This document shows positions 49,271-64,000 of a DNA stretch of 64,000 nt, piece after piece. A program made the translations under genes and the position numbers. Numbering within the stretch: the stretch's first letter is position 1; each line of letters starts with the position of its first letter. Under the pieces are notes generated by a model. That model saw nothing but the letters and a program-made list of their open reading frames with translations, did not search any database and had not been told where the DNA came from. The DNA is from Strigamia acuminata. Taxonomy: Eukaryota. The stretch covers positions 19,282,001-19,346,000 of the forward strand of contig OX442314.1 of NCBI GenBank assembly GCA_949358305.1. Reading direction: 5' to 3'.

Positions 49271-49366
49271 CACATTGTAATTACTAATTACAATTCATTT
49301 ACATCAAGAAAACTTTGAAATGGCATGAAGTTGTTATTTAACACCTGATTTCACTCAAATAATTTT

Positions 49367-49567
49367 TTTATTTTGCATATTTTTATTTTTATTTTGCATA
49401 TTTTTATTTTTATTTTGCATATTTTTATTTTTATTTTGCATATTTTTATTTTTATTTTGCATATTTTTATTTTTATTTTGCATATTTTTATTTTTATTTT
49501 GCATATTTTTATTTTTATTTTGCATATTTTTATTTTTATTTTGCATATTTTTATTTTTATTTTGCAT
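49367..49567. repeat. 21-bp minisatellite, about 9.5 copies
   Basis: Unit TTTTGCATATTTTTATTTTTA. Confidence 0.95.
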
Positions 49568-50296
49568 AAAATGAAATTTTTGGTGCATATTTTAGCCACA
49601 TAAAACAAATTTTATTTTGCATAAATATCGGGAGTCTAGAAATCACTGATGATGATTATGGTAATAATCAAATAATGGAAACCTCTGCCAGTGACCAAAT
49701 AATAGAAACTGCTGCCAATGATCAAATGTAGTAAAAACCACAGCCAATAATCAAATAGTAGAAGCCGTAGGCAAAAACACTAGCAATGATGAATTAACTG
49801 ACAGTTGATGATGTATGATGATTCAACTGGCAGCAGTAGTGATGATCAATAGATCAACAGATAATAGGCTACAGTACAATTCGTTTCATGTTGGCTATAG
49901 CTATTCATGTTGACTAATATAAATAAACTATTCATGTTTTACCGGTGGTGCAAGTTGTGGCGTAACATTCATTAATTCCTATATGTATTGAGGAAACGCG
50001 ACGTGGAACAATTGCGACATTTCTGTTGGATTTTCGCAAATATTGGGGCATACAACCTTCAATTGTGTTTCCCAGTTCAGGCGCGGGGGTTGCAGGAGCA
50101 GTTTTATGGCCTTTGGGCCCCTGGCTCCAAAACAACCGGGGCTCTTACCATCAGTATTGACACCTGAAAACAGGAGAAATAAAGCAAAAAACTGCAAAAA
50201 AGAGCACCCCTCAGGTGGTGGAGTTTTCGCCACTGGGGGAGTTGCAAGGGGGATTGGTCTCCTGCAGAAAAAATTACAAAGGGGCAGAGTAGTAAC

Positions 50297-50654
50297 TAGG
50301 GTTATTCACGAGTGCGATATCTCGCACCACGATTAACCGCAAACCAGAAAAAACGGCAGAAAACCGCACAACCGCAGACAACCAAAAATCTGCAAATTTT
50401 ATTTTATTTAATTTAAAAAAATAAAAAATAAAAAATTATTTTTTATTTTTTTCTTCTTGAATTTTGGAGTTTTTAAAATTTATTTTCTTGAATTTTGGGT
50501 TTTTGCGGCTATGCAGTTTTTTGCGTTTATGAAATTTTTTGCGGTTAGCAGTTTTTGCGGTTTATGCAGTTTTTGCGGTCTTGCGCTATACCGCGTGCAT
50601 TGCGGTTTTTATAGAAACCGCACCGCACTTGCCTAAAAAAACCGCACAATCCCA
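50297..50654. mobile_element. hAT-like MITE
   Basis: 8-bp TSD GTAGTAAC at 50289-50296 and 50655-50662; TAGGGTT...AATCCCA ends; AACCGC subterminal repeats in both orientations. Confidence 0.8.
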
Positions 50655-52108
50655 GTAGTAACTGTGCTGCAACATAGAACTACGTGTGGAGAATTTTTTT
50701 TTGTTTTGTGTTATTGTTAATGGGCATTGTTTTCCATCGTGGCATTGTAAATTCCCATCGCCATTTCAGTTTTGAAGATTGTCCCGATAGACGTAAAATA
50801 GTTAGTTCAATGTCAAAAAATTTCAATGAAAATTAAAACTAAATTGTCGCACTTGTTCCGTGCCACGTTTCGCGCATGTAGCCGTTGTATTGATTCTCAG
50901 CAATCAATAATTAGAGCTTACAGACGTGTAAAATTCCTAGGCTTTCTAAATGTAACTTCATTTAATTGTTAAAAAGAGCACATGGCAATTTTAATGCTGC
51001 AAGATATATTAAAAACTAAATTCGTGATGATGATAAAACACCGCTTTAATCAATGGTCCCCACAGATGACGATGCATCGATTAAATGAGGATGACACCAG
51101 TTGAATTTAGCTTAAAATAGCTCTATATTAATTAATTACGGTAATTAATTAACTAATTTAAGTTGAAATTCTAATTACATCAAGTAAGACTTATTTCATT
51201 CATAATCAGTTAGCCCCACCAAAAGCTTTTTTCTGGTTTCTTGAGTTGGCAAGTAGACCAAGTGAAATATTAGCCATATAACCATTGAGTGAAAAAAATA
51301 TGCAAACACATTGAAAAGATTAAACTGCTTGTTTCAACTCCAATTTTCAAATAAAAATTTTGTATTTAATTCATCTCGATACCTTAATCGAGAGTTTTCT
51401 CTACCTAACTTAAAAAATAACAGCAGATTTAGTCTACATTCTGCAATCAGTCGCGGTGCGCATGCGCACACATTTTAAAGACAGATATATCAACAAAGCA
51501 TTTAAACTAAATAAGTTTCGAATGTAGTAAGTACAAGTGTACACGTATTGGAATAACCAAAAATTAATTAAGAAAACAAATTAAATTATGTTTATCCCCA
51601 ATGCACACACATCAAATTACAACTTGACTAACAAACCATCAAGTTCAATGTCACGCTTGAAACAGACAGTAATATTCCGATTTTCCTCCAAGATTAATTA
51701 CATACAATTAATACAAACTAAAACTGCAGTAAAACAGTAATGAAAAAATCAATAAAGAAAACTCAGACATGAGTTACAAACAAAGAATATACACAGCATA
51801 AAAACAAAACATTTTAAATTTTAACAAAACAAATGTGAACAATTTAAACAAAATAAAAATAATGTCACTCTAACAATTAAATGGAAAAACCTATTGCTCA
51901 ATCATACGATACACACGACTGCCTATTCGTTTACACTGAGTGACAGTTGTCATGGTGAGTTACCTACATCGTTATAACCGTGCAGTTTACTACACCGAGG
52001 GACCAGAGCGGAAGAGAAAAGTACACCTACACTTTTGCTCATGCTTTGGCTCCAGTCCATAGCCATGTGCGTTGTGGGAGCAGTTTGTGTGTAAACTTTT
52101 AGTTTTCA

Positions 52109-55100
52109 ATGAGGCTACGACCCATCGAAAACATGACTGGAGATCGAAGAACCACCATACCTTCTCTTAGTCATTCCTTATCGCATCCACAGTAAGTAAA
52201 CTAAATATTAAAATAATAATAATAATAATGCTTTTTCAGCGTATTTTTTTTTCATAATTCATAAAATATAGAATTTTTTTTAGAATATATTTTCAAGGTT
52301 CGGTTTATTATGAAAACCAGGATATAAACCAAATCTATATCCATTAATTATAATGTGGAGATTATAATCTCGACGATATAAATAAATATTTTAGAAATAA
52401 AATTTAAAATCTCAATATCATAGTCAATAAATATCGTACCTTTAAAATTAATATGGATGGCTGTTTGAACATTAAAATTCATTACCTTCCTTGTAAATGA
52501 AAGGCTATTTTCCTGCTGTTTTATGCTGCATTTGAGATCAAACGATTCTCAGTATTTCACGTCAGGCAGCCGTCATTAACAAAACACATTTTATTCAAGT
52601 GCACGAGGCGCAAGAGCAAAGCTCAAAATAAATTTTCAACCCCTTCAAACCCTGAAACCCATGAAATCGTTAAAATCATGTTTTCTAAACATAAATTCTC
52701 AACTTTTTTTTTTTTATTTTTTTTGTTAATTCGTATTCGATTAAATTACGCAATTTTATTGATTTTGACCTTCAAAGCCTTTACTCCATTTTCCTCGGTT
52801 TAAAAATACACCAAATGATATTTTTCCTGGATGTGAAATATGGGAAAAATTGAATTTTTCATTATCAATCATTGTCCGGGCCGGAAAAGGATGTTTTATG
52901 AATATCTCCCTCTTGACATAAAATTCCCTTTTCAACATTCAATTGCTCTTAACAAGTGTTCACTTTACCTGGCATTGACCTCAAGAAATCAATAAGTGTG
53001 CTACCATTGCTCTACTAATTCAACTTTCTGAATTATTCCATATTTTGCATTTTACATTATTATTATTATTATTAAAGTATCAATCTACAGGCAGAATGGT
53101 TTCCATAGGGATAACTTGGGGGTCAAGGTAATCGACAACCATAAATAAGAGAGAGAAGAAAAAAAACTTTCTCCGAATAATTAATTAACTATTTAATGGA
53201 AGTTGTTAAATCAATTACTATCTCATTCACACACGTGTTTCAAAAGGCAGTAGAAATGAAGAAAAGAAACTACCTTAATGACCCTCAATTAACATGAAAA
53301 AAAGGTTGGCTTTGCTGCCCTAAATTTTGTAAAAAGTAATCACAAAAACGACATAATCCATTGCTAAAATAGGACAATTTGACGTCAAAAAGCAGTGAAA
53401 TATTAACATAATGTTTACAATTTAAATTATCAAAAATAAGTTATATGAAATATTTTTTTTTTCGTCCATTTTTTCAAGATCTATAGAAGAATTAAAGGGA
53501 ATAATCCAAAAATAATATTAAAACTTTTGCTGTATTCCTTTAAATGGAAAAATATGGAAAAATTTTAAATTTTGAATGATTTTTGTTTTGTTTTTGCACC
53601 AACAGCTGATAAGATAAAATTGATAACTTCTATGTTTTAGCTCCTCATATTACCAGTGAATCAAATTTCCACTTTTGCAATTTTTAATGGCTCACACTTT
53701 TTTTTCTCAATTGATTAATGAGTAAAACTTGGGAGCATCAACATGTGGTCTGTCATCGATCAGTAATTTGGTAGTCGTGAGATTCGTACTTTTTAAAAAT
53801 TAACATGTATACGTTGCATAGCACACATGTGATTTCGTAACAGAAATGTAAGTGGTCCGTGAATCCTTTGCTTTATTATTTCATTTCACAACTATAAAAT
53901 AAACATATCACAATATAATGGCGAAAAAAGCTCATCTGTATGTCTTTATTTTAAGTCTACTAATGGTTGAAATGTAACTGCAATTCCATTGTCTCTCTTA
54001 TGATAAGATAGAACATTTTCTACCGTTGTTGTGTACTGATATTTACTTCCTTTCTTTCTAGGGTCGGTTTCAGAAGGCATGCTTGGTGGAAACCGCACAC
54101 AAGATTAGAAAAAGTTTTATTGTTTTGTCTTAGCTTTTTAATAATTGCAATTATTCTTACCATCACCTTAATGATAATTTATGTAAAGTATTGGTCAGGT
54201 AATACTTATTTAATACAGTGATCAAACTGAAGCTGATTATGACAATTTTTTTTTAATTTTTAGATAATGATAAACCAACTACATGTCAAAGCAAAGGATG
54301 TGTGTTGGCAGGTATAATTTTCACGCACTGGCCATGTCTGTATGACATTAAGGGGCCATCCATTACGTAACGCTCCAAGGGGGGAGGGGGGAGGGATTTT
54401 CAAATTTTGTTACGGGTCATTAGTAAGGCAGAGGGGGGTTCTCAATAATGTTACGATCCATGAAAAAAAATTTAAATGTTTTAAAATTGAAAATATACGC
54501 GTTTTTGAGACTGACTTTTGAAAATTTTTGGGGGAAGGATTGCAGTTTTATTACGTAATTAAGGGGGTGGGAGTTTGTTACGAAGGGGGAGAGGGTCTAA
54601 AATTACCAAAATTTGCGTTATGTAATTTATGGACTGCCCCTGAGCACCTTTCCAAGCTTTTCTGATGCACCCAGTGGCGTTCTAAAGAAACAAGTCAAAA
54701 TTAGTCAAAATTTAATTTTAAAAAAAATTTACAAATTCTTCCAAAACTTTTTGAATTGGTTAATATTTGTCCAAAATTTAAATCTTTATAATATTTGTCC
54801 AAAATTTAAATCTTAATATTTGTCCAAAAATAAAATCTTTATAATATTTGTCCAAAATTTAAATCTTTTTAATATTTGTCCAAAATTTAAATCTTTATAA
54901 TATTTGTCCAAAATTTAAATCTTTATAATATTTGTCCAAAATTTAAATCTTTATAATATTTGTCCAAAATTTAAATCTTTTTAATATTTGTTCAAAATTT
55001 TCAAATTCTGTCAAAATTTATTGAATATTTTTTATTGTTTGGTGCCAAATACTCTTGGTACACAGCTGGATTCCCCCCTAAAGTTTTCACCACTTACATG

Positions 55101-58100
55101 TAATAAAACGTAAAATAAGCGACTCGCATACCGTAAAGCTTCAAATTGGCGTCGGAACCGTTTTTCCGCCGGGAGGGAGTCAGCGGCGATTTAAGCCAAT
55201 TTGTTTGAATATTTGCCAAACCCAAATAACCGCCGGGGTTCAAATAGGCGCAGGGAGTCTAGACCAAAAAATAAATAAACGCTCGGCCGCAATTTGAAGC
55301 TTTACCGTACGCATAAATGTTTAACATTCAGGTTAAATTGCTTAATTGAATGTGTCTACTGTTTTTCTAATGCTTAATTTCGATTGTTATTTTAGCTGCA
55401 AAAATAGCAAGCAATATGAATGCATCTGCTGACCCATGTGTAGATTTTTATAATTACGCTTGTGGAAACTACGAGAAAAGAGTTTTACTAAATGAAGAAC
55501 AGACTTCCATCAATTCCTTTAATTCTATTGATAGTGATATCCAAGCGCGGATGAGAGGTAGGACTGAATTTTACTTATAAAAATTATATAAAAAAAATCA
55601 ACTTTGAGAGTTACCTCAAAACTCAGTTTAGCGTGTAGACCTAATCACTCACGTCTGGCAAAAATACGATGCTCTGTTAAAGATCACGTATTATTAAGGT
55701 CATTACCCACATTTCAGCGTATTTACCTATCAACTACCAGGCACTGTTTCACACCATTTATTCCCACTTTTCCTAACTTTCCTTTCTAAACAAAAAAAAT
55801 TACGTTTAGAGTAAAAAGTAAAACATTAGACCACACTTCTGTTAATAAGTGACTCTCAAGGACATAATTCAGTCACCAACACAGAGCACTTCCTTCTATG
55901 TAAAAGGTTATACTAAAAGGTTATAGGGGAGACAATAATGCGGTATGCCACAACAGTAATGCCACCACCACAGTACAAGAATACCGTACCGCCCCGTTTA
56001 ATACGCGGGGTTCATTAAGACGCCGGCCCCGTTTTAGCGCCGGGCAGTTAGCGATCCAAAATTCAATAGGCGCCCGGCCCGTATAAGCACACATTCGGTC
56101 GGTGTATAAGACGCCTTCATTCTTCATTTACTTCATTTCCTCTGGTAAGACAGCGCTATAGCTCCAATAAAGAGAAAACATTTGTACGACTTCGAATTTA
56201 AATTGCGTGCAGTGCGGTTTGCATTAGCAAACAGTGGCAAGAATTTTTTTTAATTTTTTTGGGTAAGCGCCGGGTTCGTTTAAACGCCGGGCTTCAAATT
56301 GACGCCGTGGCGGCTCAAAAAAATTAAGCGCCCGGGCTATTAAACGGAGCGGTACGGTAACATATTGCCACACACATTATCCAAACAACTTTTATACCTA
56401 TTTCCATTTTGATTTTCTTTAGAATTCATAAAACAGCCATGGTTGCCAACTGAACCCAAATATTACAAGTTAATTAAAGATCTCTACGCTTCATGCATGA
56501 ATGTTGGTAAATACTCTTGTTAGTGATTGAAATTTCTCGACTATTGATTGTTCTTCGCTCATTATTCCAGATGATATAGAACAGCTTGGAGGAGAACCAC
56601 TACTTAATTCAATGCGTTCAGTTGGGGGCTGGCCAGTTGTTGAGGGAGACTCATGGGATGCAAAAAATTTTGACTGGATAAAGACCATGCAAAAATTTCG
56701 TGGAATGGGTGTTTTTATGAATGTTATTATTGATATATCTGTTGTACAAGATTTGAAAAACTCGAGCAGTTATATGCTCCAGGTATGTTGAATGTAATTA
56801 ATTTAACAATCGAAATTGCTAAGTTCAAGTTATATTAAAATAAAATGGTTTTTCAATGCTCTAGTTAGATCAACCATTCTTAGGCATGCCCGACAGATCT
56901 TATTTCTTGAAAGGATTAGATGATCCTTTAGTTAAAGCTTACTACAAATACATGGTTGAAACTGCTGTTCTTTTACGAGCAGACCGAAACCGAGCAGAGA
57001 CTGAGCTCAAAGAGTCATTGCAATTTGAAATTCAGCTAGCAGAGGTAATTAATTAACAACAAATTTGCTTTTGTCTCATGAAAATTCAAAACTAATTTAC
57101 AGATTTCAATACCTAAAGAAGAATTTAGGAATTACACAAAAATGTATAACAAAATGACTCCACCGGCTTTGAGTAAACTAGCAACAAATGTAAATATAAC
57201 ATGTTTTAATTCGTGTAAAAATGTGTCTAAAAATGAATCTTTTCGTTTGGATAGATCAACTGGATTGAGTTTTTTAATGGTATGGGTTTACCAACCTCTA
57301 TGGCTGACAATGAACAGATCTTGGTGATTAGTCCATCATTTATTCGCAATATTTCCTTGTTATTGGACCGTACTGATAAAAGGTAATAATTGTTCTAATA
57401 ATTAACGAAATGGCACTGCAGCAAAGGGAGATTAAAATTCAAAGTTATAACTATCGAAGAAATAAACGAAAACTTCGACATTTCGAAGAAATGAAATTCG
57501 AAGAAATGAAATTCGAAGAAGTGATGGAAACCCCTTTTGAGCAGCTCCCTGAATATTGAATATTAATAAAAGTAAAATTAGGTTAATAAAATATATCATG
57601 CGTGAAAGTGATATATCAGATGACATGACATCGACCCCAAAACTAAAGCTCCCGTCACAGTTCTACTTTTTAATACTTGTGCTGCAGGGAATGCAACAGA
57701 TGGTCAATTATGCATTTCCAATACGTATATTAATTCAAAAGTAAACTGCAGAAATTTTTATAGAAAACATAACTTGTAGTCAGTCAAATTTTACATCAAT
57801 TTTTACATGTTACAACTGGCAAACTTCATAATTAATTAATTACTTTTCCAGGGTTGTCGCTAATTACATGTTCTGGAGAATGGCACGGTCTTTATTAGAT
57901 ACGTTAAATCGTGATTTTCAATATTTACGATCAGAGTATAGGAGACATTTAACAGGACAAGCCAGTCAACCTGCTAGAGCTTATTACTGTAGTGATACAG
58001 TATTTGAAAATTTGGATATAGGCATTGGAGCTATGTATGTTAGAAGTTTGTTTAGTAAGAAATCAAAAGCACTAGTAAGTTTTGTAACCTTAAACGCTCC

Positions 58101-59762
58101 ACATATAGAGTAGATGTGAACTAGTCTGTTATTTAACATTTCAGGCATCAGAAATAGTTAACGAAGTTAAAACTGAATTTTACAACAGTTTTGAGACTGT
58201 GGATTGGTTAGATAAAGAAACACTTGACAAAGCTCTAAAAAAAGTATGTTTTTGCTTAGAAAAATATAATAAATTGCAATAAAAATAAAAAATAAAACTA
58301 AACTAATTTAGTTGATAATTTGGCATTGCAGATGGCGGCTATGAGAGATTACATAGCTTATCCTGATGAACTACTTAATGAAACTATAGTGGATGAATAT
58401 CACAAAAGAGTAAGTAATGCAAAACTTGTATCGTCTAGCTAAAACAAATAAATGTGTAAACTTTTTGTAATTTACAGCTATCTATTTCCCAAGATGAATA
58501 TTTCCATAATATTTTAAGAATAAATAAATTTACCACAGATTTTTACTTATCAAGACTGAGGCAGCATTCTTATGAAACACAGTACAGATTATTAATAAAA
58601 TAAACCTAACAGATATTCCAAAATTTAACATAATTTAAAATAAATTACAGGTGGATTAATGTTGGAACAGCAGCTAATGTTAATGCATTTTACAAGTTTT
58701 CCGATAATATTATGGGTAAGTGAAGTAAATAAATATGACATAATACATTATATATTATATTAATGTAATTTAATTATATTTTTCTTTAGTTTTTTATGCG
58801 GCAATATTAAATGGTGCATTTTTCAACGCTGATTATCCTAAATACATGAATTTTGGCAGCATTGGATTTATCGTTGGGCACGAAATCAGTCATGGCTTTG
58901 ATGACAGAGGTAATGTGTATAAATTAAATAAGATTCAAACGAATTGACAGTAGAAAATAAATTTCACCAATCTTCTTTGAGAATGTATTTACTTCTGCTT
59001 GCTAATCACATCTTTTGTGCAGTACAGGTCGCCAGTATGACGAATACGGGAATTTAAATAAATGGTGGACAGCAGAAACAGATGCAAAATTCATCCAAAA
59101 ATCAAGATGTATTGTAGAACAATATGGAAATTATACAGTTCCTGAAGTCAATGACCAAGTACAACAACAACAAAATAAAAATCATAATAATTTTATATTT
59201 AACTATTCGCTTTTCTATCTAGATAAATGGCATTAACACACAAGGAGAAAACATCGCTGATATTGGCGGAATGAAGAAAGCTTATAAAGTACGAGTTAAA
59301 AAAATTAAATAAACGGTGATATACAAAATAAACCAATTTAAAATATACAAAAGGCATACAACAATTGGGTAGCAAAGAATGGAGAGGAACAACGTCTCCC
59401 AAGTTTAGGTTTAACTAACCGACAAGCTCTCTGGCTAAGTAACGCAAATGTAAGTAGATTTGGCGTAATTAATTAAATTTTCATTCTCAAAAGCAAAAAA
59501 TGTTCTGAAAATTCTAGGTATGGTGTTCAAAAACAAGAAAAGAGTACTTACAATTAGAAGTTACGACTGATGCTCACAGCCCAGCTCGATTCAGGTAATT
59601 TCTCGCCTTTGTTGGTCGAAAGAGGCGGATTATTCACGATGGCGTCTTTTTCTTTGTTAAAGAGTCATTGGACCTTTCTCCAATTCCGAGGATTTTGCTA
59701 GAGATTTCAACTGTCCCATCAACTCGCCTATGAACCCTGCGAAAAAGTGTGAAGTTTGGTAA
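52109..59762 (+). CDS. Multi-exon neprilysin (M13 metallopeptidase) with intact active site
   Basis: Start at ATG 52109 or 52133; TM exon at 54062; [37 protein letters not shown] (58876-58902), [12 protein letters not shown] and CEVW*. Confidence 0.92.
54352..54640. mobile_element. PIF/Harbinger-type MITE in an intron
   Basis: TAA|GGGGCCATCCAT..TACGTAACGC...GCGTTATGTAATTTATGGACTGCCCC. Confidence 0.75.
54761..55000. repeat. 28-29-bp minisatellite, about 8 copies
   Basis: Unit AATATTTGTCCAAAATTTAAATCTTTAT. Confidence 0.9.
55131..55307. mobile_element. pogo/Tigger-type MITE
   Basis: TA|CCGTAAAGCTTCAAATTG...CAATTTGAAGCTTTACCG|TA. Confidence 0.75.
55984..56357. mobile_element. pogo/Tigger-type MITE
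   Basis: TA|CCGTACCGCCCCGTTTAATA...TATTAAACGGAGCGGTACGG|TA. Confidence 0.85.
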
Positions 59763-60633
59763 AATTAATTGAATGTTCTATTGACATAGTGCAATATACG
59801 AGTATTTGTTAATACAAATACTACTAATACTTTATTTTACCCAGCAAAAAACCATGTTAAATTTGTATTCTTTCTTATCATTTTCATTTTGGTTAAAAAT
59901 ATTTGTGTTAGTTAAAATAAAATTATTATTTATACACAAAAAATACCATACTTATTTGAAGAACATGACTTGGCTGTTTATTTTCGTGCTTTCAAAACTA
60001 TGCAAGTTGTAACGTGTTCCATCACAATTTAACCTTCAACCTATCATGACCCAGTTACGTCAAAGACTGATCCACGCTGAAAAGATTCCACGATCGATCC
60101 ATAGAGAGCAGCAGGTGTTATTTGTTTGTTGTTGTGGTTCTCCTAAGAAAAGGTCGTCATGGTAGCTTAGACGAATTCGTCTAAGATGGTAGCATATGTG
60201 TTGTGAAACATTTTAAACTACGTATACGCAATAAGCTCAATCAAACTATAATACGATATCCTGTGACGAGTTTTATCAATACCTTCGTCTCATTCTGCAT
60301 TCCAATCGAACACTGTAAGTTGAATTTGTAACAGTTTTCTGTGTCATCGATCACGTGATTATGCTTAACACTCGGGTTTCAACTCGTGGTTAACTAATCT
60401 CGTATAAAGTTAAATTCACTATCGAACAAGTTATCATTGTTTTTTTTTTATAACAAAAAATTGTGATTGTATTGCAGGCACAAATCTTATAATCGAAGAC
60501 TATCATTCGGACTGTGTTACGGGTCATGTCATGTGGTGATGCCGCAACAAGTGCTATCGCGGAATCATGTGATCTGAACTGATTTAAACGACATAATTCT
60601 TGAACAGAGTGAGCTAACAAAGTAACTAGCACA

Positions 60634-62546
60634 ATGTGGACCAAATATCATTATTTTTTGGCACTACTAATGGTGATAACAGGATCAATTAATACTCTTA
60701 GTACTAAGTAAGTCAAATTTCATTTCATTTTTGATTTTTTGCGAATTAAAAAAATTACTTTTTGCAGATGGGCAGACGATACTTACGCTATAGGAATAAA
60801 TAATGATAAACATCAATTTGATCATCCATATGTACAAGTAGGTATCAAGTTAAAAAAAATTGCCTTTATGAAATTTTTGTTGAATTTGTCATGTTGTTTT
60901 CTATTTTAAACGTCTTTTCAATATTTTTCAGTCATGCGGCATGTTTATTGGAGAAATGCTCTGCTTTCTGGCCTTTGGATGTTTATACATGTACAACAAG
61001 CGGACAGTGGCTCCAGAAACACGGCAGCCAATACCAAAGTTCAATCCTTTTATTTTTCTGCCACCGGCGATGTTTGATATGATAGGAACATCGACAATGT
61101 ATTTTGGATTAACCTTAACTTTTCCATCAAGTTTTCAAATGCTTAGAGGTACGGTACGTCGCTTATCTTTATTAGTTTAGTAATGTATTAACATTATTTC
61201 AACAGGAGCTGTTATCATCTTTACTGGTTTGCTGTCAGTTGCCTTTTTGAATAGGACTTTAAAGAAACAAGAGTGGGCCGGCATTTTTACAATAATATTA
61301 GGCCTCGTTATTGTTGGCTTGTCCGATTTTTTAATGGGGAATGACAACACGACTGATGTGAATGGAATTATTACAGGTTAATTATGCATTTAATACGTTT
61401 TAATTTAGATAATACTCATTTTTTTAATTGTTTTTAGGAGATCTGTTGATTGTTGCTGCTCAAGTTATTGCTGCATGTCAAATGGTAATCGAAGAAAAGT
61501 TTGTCGTCAAGCATAATGTACCTCCGCTGTTAGCGGTGGGGTTTGAAGGTGTGTTATTAACAAACTGCAAATGTATTTATTTTATTTTAATTAAATTGTT
61601 TTATATATTTTTTTTTAAAGGTTTGTTTGGATTCGTCGTTCTATCCATCCTTTTAATCCCGATGTATTTTATCCGACTATCTGGGAAATTTGCTAGAAAT
61701 CCTGAAAACCGGTTTGAAGATCCGATAGATGCGTTTACACAAATGGGGAACAGTTTGATACTTTGTGTTGCTTTACTTGGTAAATATATATACGCACTTT
61801 CTTTTTTAAATTTAAACAATCACGATCTTTGACCATCTTTAAACTTATATGAGTTTGAGGTATTCTAGTAATAATTACAATTTTCAGTTACCAAACTTAA
61901 AAAAAAAATCTTGTTTGGGATGCAATGTTTCTGAGAGCATCTTTTAGGTCAAATTATTAGGCTGTAGCTCATATTTAATTAATTAATTAATTAATATTTT
62001 TAGCACAATTCTACTAAATATTTCATTTTATTATCAGAATAATTTTAAATGTATATATATTTTTAATGAATTTAAAAAGAAATTAGAATGAGTAAGCAAT
62101 TCTAAAATGAGAAGAAGTTTTCGTATCTATCATTTCTCATCAAGTGTTACAAACTTTGAAAGGGTGGTACAATACATTTTTAAATTGCAGGTAATATTCT
62201 CAGCATTGCGTTTTTCAATTTTGCTGGAATCAGTGTTACCAAAGAAATGAGTGCTACAACGAGAATGGTGCTGGACAGTGTGCGGACAGTTGTTATATGG
62301 GCAGTCTCCTTAGCATTTAACATCGGAGGTCAAAAGTTTCATTATTTACAAGTTATTGGTTTCATATTCTTGATTATCGGCATGTGTTTATACTACGATA
62401 TTATTATAATGCCATTCCTTCGCGCCAAGGGTTGCTGTGGACCTAGAGTTATTGCAGGAGCACATACTGAAAACAACATACAAGAAAATGGGAATGATGC
62501 ACACAAAATTGATGTAAATGATAAAGCCAATTTAGTTGAGCCGTAA
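60634..62546 (+). CDS. SLC35F6: Solute carrier 35F6 / TANGO9-like transporter, multi-exon
   Basis: MVITGSINTLSTKWAD, FDHPYVQ, MFIGEMLC, FLPPAMFDMIGTS, SSFQMLRG, QMVIEEKFV, SIAFFNFAGISVTKEMSATTRMVLDSVRT. Confidence 0.9.
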
Positions 62547-64000
62547 ACTTAATTTGAAACATTTCATGTATAATAGAAATAACTAAACAAATCAATCATG
62601 TAATAAATTCTGATTATAGCAATTAATTTATTGCATTATGGTACGGCAATTATAATTTGTTTGCTTAGTTAGGCTGAAGGTCTTCTTTCTTTACAACAAA
62701 CGGGAGATTTAAAATAATTATTTACATTTGATTGATCAACCCAGCACCCTCTCAGTGTCCGTTCTTGGTCACAGTCACAACAGAAACGTTACAACTGCCA
62801 CCAGAGACCTTACCTTGTGATAACCAACCACAGGGTCAGAGCTCTTTGCTGGCGCATATCTATGGGGGTAGCTGAGAGGCTGCAGTTAGCCGGATTCCCT
62901 GAAAAAAATTTTTGAAAATTTGAAATTCTTTAATTTTTTTATGTGGTGTTCAGCATTTATCAGACCAAAATTTTGGTATAAAACTGAAGTTGTTAGATTG
63001 GTATCCAAAACAGCAACTTTTTGGAAACTTACCGCAGTAACGACGGTATTACTCCGCTGTAAGCAGCATGCCATTGGACATGGGTTTACCAAGTTTTTAG
63101 AATTTCAGTAAAACAGTTTTAACTGACATGCCAATATAAGTAAAAAAGCTGTTTTTTTTTTTTTATTTAATAAGATGAACAATTATGTTGGAATTTGGGC
63201 CTGAAATTTGAGTTGTGGGTAAATTTATAGAAATTTAAGCCAATTTCCTACATTCAGGACATCTAAAAAGGATTTTTATGCTTGTTTTGGCTGAATTCTC
63301 ATTGAAAAAAATGCGTACTCACATCGGCATGACAGTAAAAACGGGGTTTATCGGCATGCCAGTAAAACTCGCGGCTTAAAGCGGGCTAATACGGAAAATA
63401 TTTTTTGATAGGGAACAGTAAAATACCTTTTTAGGTTTAAAGCTAACTAGCATGGAAACTCACCAACTTTGGTTAGCATGTTTTACTGAGGACATGCAAC
63501 AATTCAATCAAATGGAAGGAATGTTGTACTATAAATGGTTTTTGTATTTGCCAAGAAAATCTGAAGCCTGGATTTAAAGTAATGTAAATAGAGCTACCGG
63601 TAACTGTTTTTACATGCAAACTTGTGTATCAAACTTAATTTACGTCAATAAACAGACCTTGAACTGTATGCTAATCTATATCATTTAGCCAAAGGCAGGA
63701 AATTTTAAAAATTTCGTTTCCACTTTCTTAAATTCGACTTGAATTTCTATTTTGGGGATTGTGGGCACATTCAAACATACCAAATACAAATGAAGATTTA
63801 TACTGATTAATGCCGCATTTATTTGTCAGCTGTTTTAGTCAAGCATCAACACAAATAAAACTGAAAATTCTTGTCTGTGTTAGGTGTTTGGGTGTTTTCA
63901 CTGCATTCAGTTTGACGTTTTTAGTTCATACAGTTTGTAAATCGTAACACGACATAAACCCAGCACTTTTTTTCAAGATGCCAACAACACAATACAACTG

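Noticed and set aside
49351..49608. ORFs with KIKIKIC / MQNKNKN repeats
   Set aside because: These are translations of a 21-bp minisatellite.

Overview
AT-rich, intron-dense animal genomic DNA, most likely arthropod (R&R-consensus cuticle protein, TTAGG repeats). Bases 1-30 kb hold a head-to-tail array of three paralogous DEG/ENaC (pickpocket-like) channel genes. Each encodes two complete channel subunits (TM1-ectodomain-TM2, twice) joined within one exon, and both halves share the intron-phase pattern 0-1-0-0-2. The array contains a DIRS-like element end, an intact BEL/Pao element, an intact Gypsy (Mag-like) element and several foldback/MITE insertions. Copy 3 is a pseudogene; copy 2 has one visible lesion. 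Bases 31-63 kb hold a catalytically dead M13 neprilysin-like gene, a WFDC1-like gene, a cuticle protein gene, a sterol reductase with an intronless CDS resembling plant/amoeba-associated DHCR7 (horizontal transfer candidate), a Tc1 relic, an intact neprilysin and an SLC35F6-like gene, plus many MITEs. Exon models were built by eye, and family assignments rest on recalled motifs, not database searches.
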